From Ferroglobus placidus DSM 10642 (GTDB taxonomy: Archaea; Halobacteriota; Archaeoglobi; Archaeoglobales; Archaeoglobaceae): a DNA stretch of 32,000 nucleotides. Positions 1-9,313 of this stretch are shown here, piece after piece. The stretch lies in the NCBI RefSeq assembly GCF_000025505.1, contig NC_013849.1:1290001-1322000 (forward strand), written 5' to 3'. Position 1 is the stretch's first letter. Each line of letters starts with the position of its first letter. A program made the translations under genes and the position numbers. The notes below the pieces were generated by a model. That model searched no databases. It was not told the DNA's origin and worked only from the letters and a program-made list of their open reading frames with translations.

Positions 1-123
1 TTCTTTAGCTTTGCTCCTCAATTCGGGATTTTCAGCAATTATCTTTCCAATTACAGCTTTTTCGTTCGCCTTTCCGTATTTAGCAGCGTTCCTAACAACG
101 TGCTTTACAATCAGCTCTTTCAT
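1..123 (-). CDS. First 41 codons of a gene that runs off the window; the N-terminus resembles archaeal glutamyl-tRNA synthetase
   Basis: The reverse-strand ATG at 123-121 overlaps the idsA stop (TGATG). The translation MKELIVKHVVRNAAKYGKANEKAVIGKIIAENPELRSKAKE resembles the N-terminal helical segment of archaeal GluRS as I recall it. The fragment is partial, so the product is tentative. Confidence 0.45.
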   Translation of the reverse strand, partial: MKELIVKHVVRNAAKYGKANEKAVIGKIIAENPELRSKAKE

Positions 124-1079
124 CAGTAATCCCTCTTTACGAAGAATTCCGCAAGAGCTTCAAGCAGCTTTCTCCCTTCGTTATTCTTGAGAACTTTCAG
201 TTCTTCTCTCGCTTTGTTCAGATATTCAAGAGCTTTATTTTCCGCGTACTCTATAGCTCCGCACTCTATGAGCTTTTTAACGTCCCTCTCAATTACTTCG
301 ATCTCAGCCTTCCCCTTTCCGAAGCTTTCAAGCTCGACTCCCTCTTCGAAGGCTTTTATAACTATAAGCGTCTTCTTTCCCTCAACGAGGTCGCTTCCCC
401 AATCCTTTCCGATCTTTTCCTTTCCGAGGAGGTCGAGGATGTCGTCTTTGATTTGAAAAGCGATTCCCGCGTTGATTCCGTAATTCCACAGAGCTTTTTC
501 GTATTTCTTCTCTCCGAAAAGGATGGCTGGAATCGAGGAAGACAAAGCTATGAGAACGGAAGTCTTTTTTCTAACCATTTCCAAGTACTCCTCTTCACTA
601 ACGAACTCCCTCTCCTCGAACTCTATGTCCATCTGCTGACCTTCGCATATTTCAACGCAGACTTCTGCAAGCTTCCTCATTCCGTTAACTAAGTTCTCGC
701 TTTCAACCTCGCAGTAACTCATGATTTTGAAAGCCTCGGCAAAGAGCGTGTCTCCGGCTAAAATAGCTGTTGGCACTCCGTAGATGGTGTGGACGGTCTT
801 TACTCCCCTTCTCAGCTCGTCTTCGTCCATTATGTCGTCGTGAATTAGGGTGAAGTTGTGTACGACCTCTATAGCCACCGCCGCTGGTAAAATTTTTCTG
901 TAGTCTCTCTCTATGGCTTCGCAGGCTATTAAAGATAGAACCGGTCTTAGCCTCTTTCCTCCGGCGTTAATCAAATGTCTTGCAGCCTTGTAAAGTTTTT
1001 CGGGCTCTTTTACCGGAAGGAATTTCTTAATCTCATCGTTCACGATTTCTGCCCTCTTCTTAATCTCTTCCACTATCAT
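123..1079 (-). CDS. idsA: Geranylgeranyl diphosphate synthase (trans-polyprenyl synthetase family)
   Basis: Both aspartate-rich motifs are present (LIHDDIMDED and FQIKDDILD). I trimmed the ORF to the ATG at 1079 (MIVEEIKKRAEI), which sits 1 nt after the fni stop and is preceded by GGAGGAGG on the coding strand. Confidence 0.9.
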   Translation of the reverse strand: MIVEEIKKRAEIVNDEIKKFLPVKEPEKLYKAARHLINAGGKRLRPVLSLIACEAIERDYRKILPAAVAIEVVHNFTLIHDDIMDEDELRRGVKTVHTIYGVPTAILAGDTLFAEAFKIMSYCEVESENLVNGMRKLAEVCVEICEGQQMDIEFEEREFVSEEEYLEMVRKKTSVLIALSSSIPAILFGEKKYEKALWNYGINAGIAFQIKDDILDLLGKEKIGKDWGSDLVEGKKTLIVIKAFEEGVELESFGKGKAEIEVIERDVKKLIECGAIEYAENKALEYLNKAREELKVLKNNEGRKLLEALAEFFVKRDY

Positions 1080-1080
1080 T

Positions 1081-2145
1081 CTACCTCCTCCTTGCGAACA
1101 CCTCAACACTTATCTCTCTGAATTCGAGCCACTCTCTGAACTTTCCGGTGATGAAAAGGGGGGCTTTTCTGAGATCTTTCACGCTCTTACAGCCGGTGAG
1201 GAACATCGCTGTTTTTAAACTTTCCACGAAATACTTAACCTTCCTCTTCACCTCTTCCTCGCTAATGGTGGCTGGCTTTAAAAAGGGTAGAGCGATTCCC
1301 GCCGCTTCAGCTCCTAACGCGAGAGCTTTTGCAACGTCGATCCCGCTTCTTATCCCTCCAGTGGCTATCGTCGGCAGGATGTCGTGCACTTCGGCAACGC
1401 AGAAAGCGGTGGGAATTCCCCAGTCCCAGAAGTCTAAAGCGACTTCTCTCATAACGTCGTCCTTTATTCTGAAAACCTCTACAGCACTCCAACTCGTTCC
1501 TCCCTTCCCTCCGACGTCTATAGCTGAAACTCCCGCCTCCCTCAGCTCGAAGGCTACTTCTCTCGAAATTCCTGCTCCTGTCTCTTTAGCTATAATCGGA
1601 ACTTTCAAGCTGCACGCTTCTTCGAGAGCTTCTTTAGCTCCTTCAGCCTTTTTATCGCCCTCCGGCTGAACCGCTTCCTGCAAAAAGTTCAGGTGAATCG
1701 CTAAAGCGTCAGCGTCGATCATCTCTACAGCTTTTTCCGCATACTCTACACCGCTTTCAAGCAGCTGGGATATCCCTATATTGGCTATGACGAAAGCGTT
1801 TGGAGCCTTTTCCCTCACGATTGCGTAAGTATCTACAAGACTATCGTCCTCGATCCCAGCCCTCTGGCTTCCTACGCCGATTCCAATTTTAAATTCCTCA
1901 GCAGCTGCAGCCAAATTCTCGTTAATTCTTTTCGTCTCCGGGTGTCCACCGGTCATTCCGGCAATTATTATGGGAGCGTTAAGCTTTTTTCCGAGAAATT
2001 CGATTTCGAGAGAAATTTTATCGTAATCGACTTCCGGCAGAGCTTTGTGGATAAGCATGACGTCTTCGAAGCCGGTATAGGATGATTCGACGTTCTCCTC
2101 AAGACAAATCCTTATGTGCTCGAACTTCCTCCTTTTCGTTTCCAT
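1081..2145 (-). CDS. fni: Isopentenyl-diphosphate delta-isomerase, type 2 (FMN-dependent)
   Basis: The sequence reads as a typical IDI-2 (KRKFEHIRICL..., IIAGMTGG, GVGSQR, IAKETGAG, GGIRSG). I trimmed the start to the ATG at 2145 (METKRRK), which removes the overlap with the upstream gene. Confidence 0.9.
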   Translation of the reverse strand: METKRRKFEHIRICLEENVESSYTGFEDVMLIHKALPEVDYDKISLEIEFLGKKLNAPIIIAGMTGGHPETKRINENLAAAAEEFKIGIGVGSQRAGIEDDSLVDTYAIVREKAPNAFVIANIGISQLLESGVEYAEKAVEMIDADALAIHLNFLQEAVQPEGDKKAEGAKEALEEACSLKVPIIAKETGAGISREVAFELREAGVSAIDVGGKGGTSWSAVEVFRIKDDVMREVALDFWDWGIPTAFCVAEVHDILPTIATGGIRSGIDVAKALALGAEAAGIALPFLKPATISEEEVKRKVKYFVESLKTAMFLTGCKSVKDLRKAPLFITGKFREWLEFREISVEVFARRR

Positions 2146-2159
2146 GTTTCCACGCTCTT

Positions 2160-2891
2160 CTATATTCTGAAAAACCTTTTCGCGTTTTTGAGAAGAACCT
2201 TCTCGTTCTTCAACTCCTTCCAAAGCTTGTAGACAGCCAGGTAATCCGACTCCGAAAATCCGGTGTCGCTGTTAGCCACGAAGTATTCGTCTCCGAAGTT
2301 GTAGACTATTTCAACAGCCTCTTCAACGCTGAGCTTTCCCGGCTGGACAGTTAAACCCACGTGGTATCCTTTCCTCAACGCTTTTTCAGCAACAGCAGCA
2401 TTCGCATGATCGATCAGGCAGAGCTCTTCCGGAAACTCTATTCTTTCGAGAATTTCAAAGATTTTTTCAGCTACAGCCTCTTTATTTCTCCTCGGGGTGT
2501 GGATTATGCAAGGAACGTCGAGTTTTTTCGCGAGCTTGAGTTGATCTTTAAAAACCTCCACCTCCTCTTTACTCGCCTCCTCCAGTCCTATCTCTCCGAA
2601 AGCTATGTAGCCTTCCACTTCTTCCATGAACTTTAGAGCTTTATCCCACTCCCTCGGAATGCACCTCGGATGAATGCCTATTGCAGCGTAAATGTTCATT
2701 CCAGCCTTCTTTCCTCTCTCCCTTTCGTACTCTATAAGCTTCCTGAAAAGGTCTATTAGCGTTTCCGCAAACAAAGGTCTTATAGGATAGAATGCGCAGC
2801 TCACCGCATGCTTTATTCCGTGATCGCTCATTTTCGCAAGGTCCTTTACGCTTCTACCCTCCGAGTGTATGTGGGAATCGAAAAGCTCCAT
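2160..2891 (-). CDS. TatD-related TIM-barrel metal-dependent hydrolase
   Basis: The N-terminal DSHIH metal-binding motif and overall TatD/COG1099-like sequence support the call. It heads the fni-idsA gene string. Confidence 0.7.
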   Translation of the reverse strand: MELFDSHIHSEGRSVKDLAKMSDHGIKHAVSCAFYPIRPLFAETLIDLFRKLIEYERERGKKAGMNIYAAIGIHPRCIPREWDKALKFMEEVEGYIAFGEIGLEEASKEEVEVFKDQLKLAKKLDVPCIIHTPRRNKEAVAEKIFEILERIEFPEELCLIDHANAAVAEKALRKGYHVGLTVQPGKLSVEEAVEIVYNFGDEYFVANSDTGFSESDYLAVYKLWKELKNEKVLLKNAKRFFRI

Positions 2892-2915
2892 GCAACTTCT
2901 TCACTTCACGGGATT

Positions 2916-3653
2916 TTAATCTTTGTCTTTCCTCCTCTTAATTTTAAAGGCGTAAACCCCTCTCTTTTTTATCTCCTCAATTTCGAACGAATCGAGTTTC
3001 TTCTCAAGCTCTTCACTTTTTTCGTCGTACAAAACCGTTAAAGCGGCATTTTTCGGCAAAGCGTGAGCGAGCTTTAGAACGAAGTCGTCTCTATCCTCCT
3101 TCGGGATTGCCCTCGCTTCGAGTATAGCGTTTCCGCTCTTCGAAACGATTTCGAGAAATATTTTGCTGGCGAGATTTTCCATCTCTTCAAAACTTCCAAG
3201 CTCTTCGTCAACTCTTTCGAACTCTTTTAAAATTTCCTCTTTTTCCTCCTCGCTAAATACGTTGTTCAAAGCGGGAAAGAGCACGAAATTTTCTCTTTCT
3301 ATGTGGTTCGGGATGAAATTTGCCCAGTTTCTGAGGTTTACAATAGCATCTTCGATCTTCCCTTCTTCGAGAGCTTTTACAGCTTGCTTTACAACTCCTC
3401 TCGTCATTTCGTGCTCTTTTTCCATAGCCTCGATCGGAGAGTAATCAATCCTCTTCTTCTTCGTCCTCTCGAAAACCACTTTTTCTTCCTTTTCGTGGTG
3501 GTATCTGTCGGCATAATTTCTTATGAAATTAACTGCTTCCTTCAAAATTTCTGGATTTATTTCGTGAGTTGTTTTCATTGCAGCAAGTGCCGAAGCTACT
3601 TGGAGTATCGGATAGTGCTCTACTGCGAGAATTTCAAACGGATTCTTTGTCAT
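2916..3653 (-). CDS. Hemerythrin-like (HHE cation-binding) domain protein with a C-terminal DUF2249/TusA-like domain
   Basis: Repeated His/Glu-containing helices are present (VEHYPIL, YADRYHHEKEE, MEKEHEMT, NHIERENFVLFP). The C-terminal ~70 aa (ILEARAIPKEDRDDFVLKLAHALPKNAALTVLYDEK...GVYAFKIKR) follow the DUF2249 pattern as I recall it. Confidence 0.6.
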   Translation of the reverse strand: MTKNPFEILAVEHYPILQVASALAAMKTTHEINPEILKEAVNFIRNYADRYHHEKEEKVVFERTKKKRIDYSPIEAMEKEHEMTRGVVKQAVKALEEGKIEDAIVNLRNWANFIPNHIERENFVLFPALNNVFSEEEKEEILKEFERVDEELGSFEEMENLASKIFLEIVSKSGNAILEARAIPKEDRDDFVLKLAHALPKNAALTVLYDEKSEELEKKLDSFEIEEIKKRGVYAFKIKRRKDKD

Positions 3654-3730
3654 TGAAAAATAGTTTCGCCGGTTTTATTAAATTGTTTCTCTCGGAAAAC
3701 CTTTAATTTTATAAAAGTCAATTGTCGTTT

Positions 3731-5062
3731 ATGGCGGAGAGATACGGAGAAATATACGACTATTACGTCGACGAGAGCTACGAGCCGAACAGGAAGAGGG
3801 ATGTAATAGCGGTTTTTAAAATAACCCCGGCTGAGGGTTACACGATAAAGGAATGTGCAGGAGGCGTTGCAGCGGAAAGCTCGACGGGAACTTGGACGAC
3901 TCTCTACCCTTGGTACGAGGAGGAGAGGTGGAAAGACCTTTCTGCTAAAGCTTACGAGTTCGTCGAGCACGACGGAAGCTGGATAGTGAAAATAGCCTAT
4001 CCCTACCACGCTTTCGAGGAAAGAAACCTTCCGGCTTTGTTGGCTTCTATCGCCGGAAACGTCTTCGGAATGAGGAGGGTGAAGGCGTTAAGGCTTGAAG
4101 ATTTGTATTTGCCTGAAAAACTGATTAGAGAGTTCAAAGGTCCGAGCAAAGGTATCGAGGGAGTAAGGAAAATGCTCGAGATTAAGGACAGACCGATTTA
4201 CGGAGTAGTTCCAAAGCCGAAGGTCGGTTATTCGGCTGAGGAATTCGAAAGCTTGGCTTACGACCTCCTCTCCTCCGGAGCTGATTACATCAAAGACGAC
4301 GAAAACCTTGCCTCTCCTTGGTATAACAGGTTTGAGGAACGAGCGAGGATCGTTAGCAGAGTTATAGAAAAGGTTGAGAGCGAGACTGGAGAGAAGAAGA
4401 CTTGGTTCGCAAACATCACAGCTAACGTAAAGGAGATGGAAAGAAGGCTTGAAATTCTCGCCGAGCACAATTTAAAGCACGCGATGGTTGACGTAGTTAT
4501 TTGTGGCTGGGCGGTTCTCGAGCACATAAGGGATATTGCTGAAGACTACAACCTTGCTATCCACGGGCATAGGGCGATGCACGCCGCTTTTACGAGAAAT
4601 CCTCAGCACGGAATCTCGATGTTCGTTTTAGCCAAGCTTTATAGGCTTATAGGGATCGACCAGCTCCACGTCGGAACAGCTGGAGCGGGAAAACTTGAGG
4701 GTGGTAAGTGGGAAGTAATTCAGAATGCGAGGATTCTGAGAGAAATGCACTACAAGCCGGAGGAAGGAGACGTCTTCCACCTCGAGCAAAAGTTCTACAG
4801 CATCAAGCCGGCTTTCCCCGTTAGTTCAGGCGGACTGCACCCGGGCAACTTGGCACAGGTTTTCGAAGCTCTCGGAACGGACATAGTCATTCAGGTAGGA
4901 GGAGGAACTGTTGGGCATCCAGACGGTCCAAAAGCCGGGGCTAAGGCTGTTAGGCAGGCTATAGATGCTATAATGCAGGGAATTCCCCTCGAAGAGTATG
5001 CGAAAAAGCATAAAGAGCTTGCGAGAGCTTTGGAGAAGTGGGGAACGGTTACACCAATTTAG
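3731..5062 (+). CDS. rbcL: Ribulose-1,5-bisphosphate carboxylase/oxygenase large subunit, archaeal form III
   Basis: RuBisCO active-site motifs are present (GADYIKDDENL with the carbamylated Lys context, GHRAMHAA, SSGGLHPG, QVGGGTVGHPDG). No small-subunit gene is adjacent. I chose the ATG at 3731; an in-frame TTG at 3722 is an alternative start. Confidence 0.95.
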   Translation: MAERYGEIYDYYVDESYEPNRKRDVIAVFKITPAEGYTIKECAGGVAAESSTGTWTTLYPWYEEERWKDLSAKAYEFVEHDGSWIVKIAYPYHAFEERNLPALLASIAGNVFGMRRVKALRLEDLYLPEKLIREFKGPSKGIEGVRKMLEIKDRPIYGVVPKPKVGYSAEEFESLAYDLLSSGADYIKDDENLASPWYNRFEERARIVSRVIEKVESETGEKKTWFANITANVKEMERRLEILAEHNLKHAMVDVVICGWAVLEHIRDIAEDYNLAIHGHRAMHAAFTRNPQHGISMFVLAKLYRLIGIDQLHVGTAGAGKLEGGKWEVIQNARILREMHYKPEEGDVFHLEQKFYSIKPAFPVSSGGLHPGNLAQVFEALGTDIVIQVGGGTVGHPDGPKAGAKAVRQAIDAIMQGIPLEEYAKKHKELARALEKWGTVTPI

Positions 5063-5109
5063 TTAAACAATTTAGTTAAATCTAAATAATCTTTTATCGA
5101 GAAATTTTT

Positions 5110-5868
5110 ATGAAGCCCTCGGAGTTTGCGAACGTTCTTCAAAGGTATTTGAGAACGCCTACTTTTCCGATAGGTTTCAAATTCGTGAAAGACCCTTCGG
5201 AAGTTCCGGAAAAGGCGAGAAGGCTGAAAGACATAACGATCTGTCAGGGTTACAACTTAGCGAGGTATTACAGGTGGACTGTCTTCATAGATAAAGAGAC
5301 GGTCTGTCCTATTGGTCTCATCGCTTACGGATTCGCTAAGCCTGACGAGCTTTACGAGAGCGGAGAAATTGCCGTCGCGGGAGGTTACGCGGAAAACGCC
5401 GAGATAGGTAAGAAGTTTGAGGAAGCGATTGTAAAACTCGATTACGGAGAGTACATAGGTTTTATCGCATTTCCTCTCGAGAGGGACGAAGCTGAGCCGG
5501 ACATCGTCGTAGTTCACGGTTTGCCGGCGCAAATCTTAAGGTTGGTTCACGCCGTTCTCTACGACACCGGTGGAGCCTTCGAGACGAAGATTCTGGGAAG
5601 AGCTTCTTGCAGCGAGTATCTCGAAGCTTTCGTTGAAAAGAAGCCGAGGTTCGTCTTAACTTGCTACGGAGAGAGAATTTTCGGACTAACTCAGGATTAC
5701 GAAGTTTCATTCGCTTTCCCTTGGGAGATGGCTGAGAAGATTGCGAGAAATCTTGAGAGAACGCACAAAATGGGAATAAGGTATCCGATCCCCTTCAGCG
5801 GCTTAAGAACGAAACCGATTTTGCCGGAGAAGTACGTGGAATCTCTGGAGAACATAAAGAAGGAGTAG
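5110..5868 (+). CDS. Conserved protein of unknown function, DUF169/COG2043-like
   Basis: A 252-aa ORF with coding-like composition. The family assignment is from recall of DUF169 features (about 250 aa, conserved Cys/Gly positions), so it is tentative. Confidence 0.5.
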   Translation: MKPSEFANVLQRYLRTPTFPIGFKFVKDPSEVPEKARRLKDITICQGYNLARYYRWTVFIDKETVCPIGLIAYGFAKPDELYESGEIAVAGGYAENAEIGKKFEEAIVKLDYGEYIGFIAFPLERDEAEPDIVVVHGLPAQILRLVHAVLYDTGGAFETKILGRASCSEYLEAFVEKKPRFVLTCYGERIFGLTQDYEVSFAFPWEMAEKIARNLERTHKMGIRYPIPFSGLRTKPILPEKYVESLENIKKE

Positions 5869-5911
5869 CTTCGCAATCATTTTTTTAGATTTAACCTCAA
5901 GTTCAAAACGG

Positions 5912-5919
5912 TTTTATAT
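5912..5919 (+). promoter_or_regulatory. Putative archaeal TATA box (TTTTATAT) for purS-purL-purQ; implies a leaderless mRNA
   Basis: The TATA-like octamer is centred about 26 nt upstream of the purS ATG (5941). A purine-rich BRE-like AAAACGG lies just upstream. No Shine-Dalgarno sequence precedes the ATG. Confidence 0.35.
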
Positions 5920-5940
5920 CCTCTTCGCTCTCTTGAAAAT

Positions 5941-6183
5941 ATGATAGCTGAGGTTTACATCAAGCTCAAGGAGGGAGTTACCGATCCGGAAGGGGAAGCT
6001 ACGAAAAAAGCTCTAAACTTGCTGGGTTTTAAGAACGTTAAAAGGGTTTCGAGCGTGAAGGTTTTTCGAATAGAAATTGAAGGCGTAAGCAAGGAGGAAG
6101 CTGAAAAGGAAGTTGAGGAGATGTGTAAGAAGCTTTTAGCAAATCCGGTTATTCACGATTACGAAGTGAGGTGGGTTGATTAG
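5941..6183 (+). CDS. purS: Phosphoribosylformylglycinamidine synthase subunit PurS
   Basis: An 80-aa PurS-like sequence ([14 protein letters not shown]...) lies immediately upstream of purL. Confidence 0.9.
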   Translation: MIAEVYIKLKEGVTDPEGEATKKALNLLGFKNVKRVSSVKVFRIEIEGVSKEEAEKEVEEMCKKLLANPVIHDYEVRWVD

Positions 6184-6185
6184 GT

Positions 6186-8453
6186 ATGTATCGCGAGATC
6201 TATCCCGGTGTTTACGAAGTAGACATTTTGAATGCGAGCGACGAAGATCTCGTAAAGATCAGCGAGGAGATGGGGTTAAACTTGTCCCTCGATGAAATGA
6301 AAGTTATTAAAGAGTATTTTAAGAAGAAGGGTAGAAATCCGAGGGATATCGAGTTGCAAGCTTTGGGACAGGCTTGGAGCGAGCACTGCTGCTACAAAAG
6401 CTCGAAGTACTGGTTGAAAAAGTACCTCCTCGGCTTCAAAACGGATTACGTCATCTCTACCGAATACGACGCTGGAGTGGTTGAGTTCGATGAAGAGCAA
6501 GCTTACGTTGTTGCTTTGGAATCCCACAACCACCCTTCGGCAGTTGAGCCTTACGGAGGAGCTGCTACCGGCATCGGCGGAATTTTGAGAGACGTGCTTT
6601 GCATGGGCGCTCAGCCCGTAGCTTTGGTAGACCCTCTATTTTTCGGAGAACTTTCCACTCCATACGAAAAACTTCCACCGGGAATAAAGCATCCAGTTTA
6701 CCTCTTGGAGGGAGTTGTGGCTGGGATAAGGGATTACGGTAACAGAGTTGGAATACCAACGGTAGCTGGAATGGTCTTCTTCGACGAAAGCTATCTCACT
6801 AATTGCCTCGTCAATGTAGGATGTGTAGGAATAGCTAAGAAGGATAGGATAATTCCGAGTAAAGCCGGAGGAGAGGGAGACATTTTCATCCTCGCCGGAG
6901 GTGCGACCGGAAGAGACGGAATTCACGGAGTTACTTTTGCTTCGGCTGAGCTAACGGATACTGAAAGCACGAGGAGTGCCGTTCAGTTAGGAAATCCGAT
7001 AATGAAGGAGCCGCTGATTCACGCTTGTTTGGAGATAGTCGAAAAGGGATTGCTTACCGGGATGAAGGATCTTGGCGGAGGAGGTTTGAGCTGTGCTGTC
7101 GGAGAAATGGCTTTGGCTGCCGGCTACGGAGCTGAGGTGTGGCTCGACAAGGTTCACCTGAAGGAGAAGGACATGAAGCCTTGGGAGATATGGATCAGCG
7201 AAAGTCAGGAGAGGATGCTCCTAACCGTGAAGCCCAAGCACGTTGATGAAGTTCTGTACATCTTCAGAAAGTGGGACGTACCAGCGAGCGTCATTGGAGT
7301 TGTTAAGGGAGAAAAAGTTCTTCGAGTTTACTACAAAGACTGGCTGATTTACGAGATGGACATCGAATTCGTCACTAAGGGACCCGAGTACTGCAGAGCA
7401 ACTGCCGAGAAGAGGGAAAAGGTTGAGGTGGATGAGGTAAAGGAGCCTGAGGATTTCGCAAAAGTTTTCCTAAAAATGATGTCTCACCCGAACGTAGCGA
7501 GCAAGGAATGGGTGATAAGGCAGTACGATCACGAGGTTAGAGGGAACACAGTCTTAAAACCCCTTCAGGGAAGAATTGGCTTCGAAACTCACGGAGATGC
7601 GGCTGTAGTTAAACCGACGGAGAGCTGGAGAGGCTTGGCAATAACTGCAGACGTTAATCCGTGGATGACGAGGATCGATCCCTTCTGGGGGACCGCGTCG
7701 GCGTTCGACGAGATGGTGAGGAATTTGGTGGCTGTGAACAGCAGACCTCACAGCTTCGTAGATTGCTTGAACTTCGGAAATCCGGAAAAACCCGAAAGAA
7801 TGTGGGAGTTTGTCGAGAGCGTTAAAGCTCTCGGCTGGATGTCGAAGGAATTCGGTTTACCCTGCGTGAGCGGAAACGTTAGCTTTTACAACGAAACTCC
7901 TTACGGCGGCGTTGCTCCGACTCCGACGCTTATGGGGATAGGTATTGTGGAGGACGTTAGAAAAGCGGTAACTTCCAACTTCAAGAAGGAGGGTAGCGAG
8001 ATAGTTCTCGTAGGAGAGACGAAGAGAGAATTCGGAGGAAGCCTTTACTCGAAGGTTACTGGAATGAAGTGCAACGTAGTTCCTAAAACCGATCCTAAGG
8101 TTTTGAAGAATTACGCCGAAGCCATGCTCGAAGCTTTCAAAAAGTTTAAGGTTTTATCCTGCCACGATCCGGCAGAAGGAGGCGTGGCTGTAGCTTTAGC
8201 TGAAATGGCTATTTGCGGAATAGGTTTTGAAGTTGATTTGAGCTTTACCGAGCTTTTCAGCGAATCAAACACGAGGTGGATAGTCGAAGTGAAAAATGCC
8301 GAGAACTTCGTGAACTTCTTCGAAGAGAAGGGATTGAGAGCGAGAGTGATCGGATACACCGGCGGAGATAAGTTGAATTACGGAAGGTTTTCAGTAGAAT
8401 TAAGCGAAGTCGAAAAAGCTTGGAGGAGTGGTTTCTCGAAATTCCTGAGGTGA
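6186..8453 (+). CDS. purL: Phosphoribosylformylglycinamidine synthase subunit PurL (FGAM synthase II)
   Basis: A 755-aa protein with AIR-synthase-related domains ([34 protein letters not shown]) sits in purS-purL-purQ order. Confidence 0.95.
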   Translation: MYREIYPGVYEVDILNASDEDLVKISEEMGLNLSLDEMKVIKEYFKKKGRNPRDIELQALGQAWSEHCCYKSSKYWLKKYLLGFKTDYVISTEYDAGVVEFDEEQAYVVALESHNHPSAVEPYGGAATGIGGILRDVLCMGAQPVALVDPLFFGELSTPYEKLPPGIKHPVYLLEGVVAGIRDYGNRVGIPTVAGMVFFDESYLTNCLVNVGCVGIAKKDRIIPSKAGGEGDIFILAGGATGRDGIHGVTFASAELTDTESTRSAVQLGNPIMKEPLIHACLEIVEKGLLTGMKDLGGGGLSCAVGEMALAAGYGAEVWLDKVHLKEKDMKPWEIWISESQERMLLTVKPKHVDEVLYIFRKWDVPASVIGVVKGEKVLRVYYKDWLIYEMDIEFVTKGPEYCRATAEKREKVEVDEVKEPEDFAKVFLKMMSHPNVASKEWVIRQYDHEVRGNTVLKPLQGRIGFETHGDAAVVKPTESWRGLAITADVNPWMTRIDPFWGTASAFDEMVRNLVAVNSRPHSFVDCLNFGNPEKPERMWEFVESVKALGWMSKEFGLPCVSGNVSFYNETPYGGVAPTPTLMGIGIVEDVRKAVTSNFKKEGSEIVLVGETKREFGGSLYSKVTGMKCNVVPKTDPKVLKNYAEAMLEAFKKFKVLSCHDPAEGGVAVALAEMAICGIGFEVDLSFTELFSESNTRWIVEVKNAENFVNFFEEKGLRARVIGYTGGDKLNYGRFSVELSEVEKAWRSGFSKFLR

Positions 8454-9271
8454 TGCTGATGGACATTAGAGTGGCTGTTTTGAGAATTGAGGGAACGAAC
8501 TGCGAAGACGAGACTGTGAGAGCTTTCAGAGCTTTGGGAGTTGAAGCTGAAGCTGTCCACCTCAAGCAGTTTTACAGCGACATGATAAAAGATGATGAGG
8601 TTAGAAGCGTATGGGATTACCACTGCTTAGTCTTCCCCGGGGGATTTTCTGCTGGAGACTACGTTAGAGCCGGAGCGATCTTTTCGGCGAGGGTGAAAAG
8701 CGTTTTGAGGAAAGATCTTGAGGAGTTTATAAAAGAAGGCTATCCGGTTTTGGGAATTTGCAACGGATTTCAGGTTCTCGTCGAGCTCGGAGCCTTGCCG
8801 GGCTTTGACGAGGATAAGCCGATAGCTGAGGAGCCTCAGATGGCTTTAGCGATAAACGACAGCAACAGGTTCGAGTGCAGACCGACTTTTCTCAAGCACG
8901 AAAACAGAGGGAAGTGCGTTTTCACGAGGAAGTTAAAGAAGGAAATCGTCATGTATCCCGTTGCACACGCTGAAGGAAAAGTCGTCTTTCCCAGGGGTAA
9001 GGAGGAAGAGTACCTCGAGAGGCTCATAGAGAACGATCAGATCGTTTTCAGATACGTCGATCCCGAAGGAAATTACGCTTCTTACCCTTGGAACCCTAAC
9101 GGAAGCTTCTACAACATAGCCGGAATTTGCAACGTTAAGGGCAACGTCTTCGGTTTAATGCCACATCCGGAAAGAGCGTTTTTCGGATGGCAAGTCGGAA
9201 GAGAAGAGGAGTTTTTCGACGGAAAATACGTTTTTGAGAGCGTTGTAGATTACCTCAGAAAATTTTATTAA
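8453..9271 (+). CDS. purQ: Phosphoribosylformylglycinamidine synthase glutaminase subunit PurQ
   Basis: Class I amidotransferase features are present (GFSAGDY, nucleophile in GICNGFQ, MPHPER). I placed the start at the ATG 8453, which overlaps the purL stop (TGATG). The ATG at 8459 is equally possible. Confidence 0.9.
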   Translation: MLMDIRVAVLRIEGTNCEDETVRAFRALGVEAEAVHLKQFYSDMIKDDEVRSVWDYHCLVFPGGFSAGDYVRAGAIFSARVKSVLRKDLEEFIKEGYPVLGICNGFQVLVELGALPGFDEDKPIAEEPQMALAINDSNRFECRPTFLKHENRGKCVFTRKLKKEIVMYPVAHAEGKVVFPRGKEEEYLERLIENDQIVFRYVDPEGNYASYPWNPNGSFYNIAGICNVKGNVFGLMPHPERAFFGWQVGREEEFFDGKYVFESVVDYLRKFY

Positions 9272-9313
9272 AAAACCAAAACAGCTTTAAATTAACTGTT
9301 ATTATTAATTTCT

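Noticed and set aside
3650-4009. 119-aa reverse ORF overlapping the rbcL 5' region
   Set aside because: It is antisense to rbcL, would overlap the hemerythrin gene start, and has no supporting motif.
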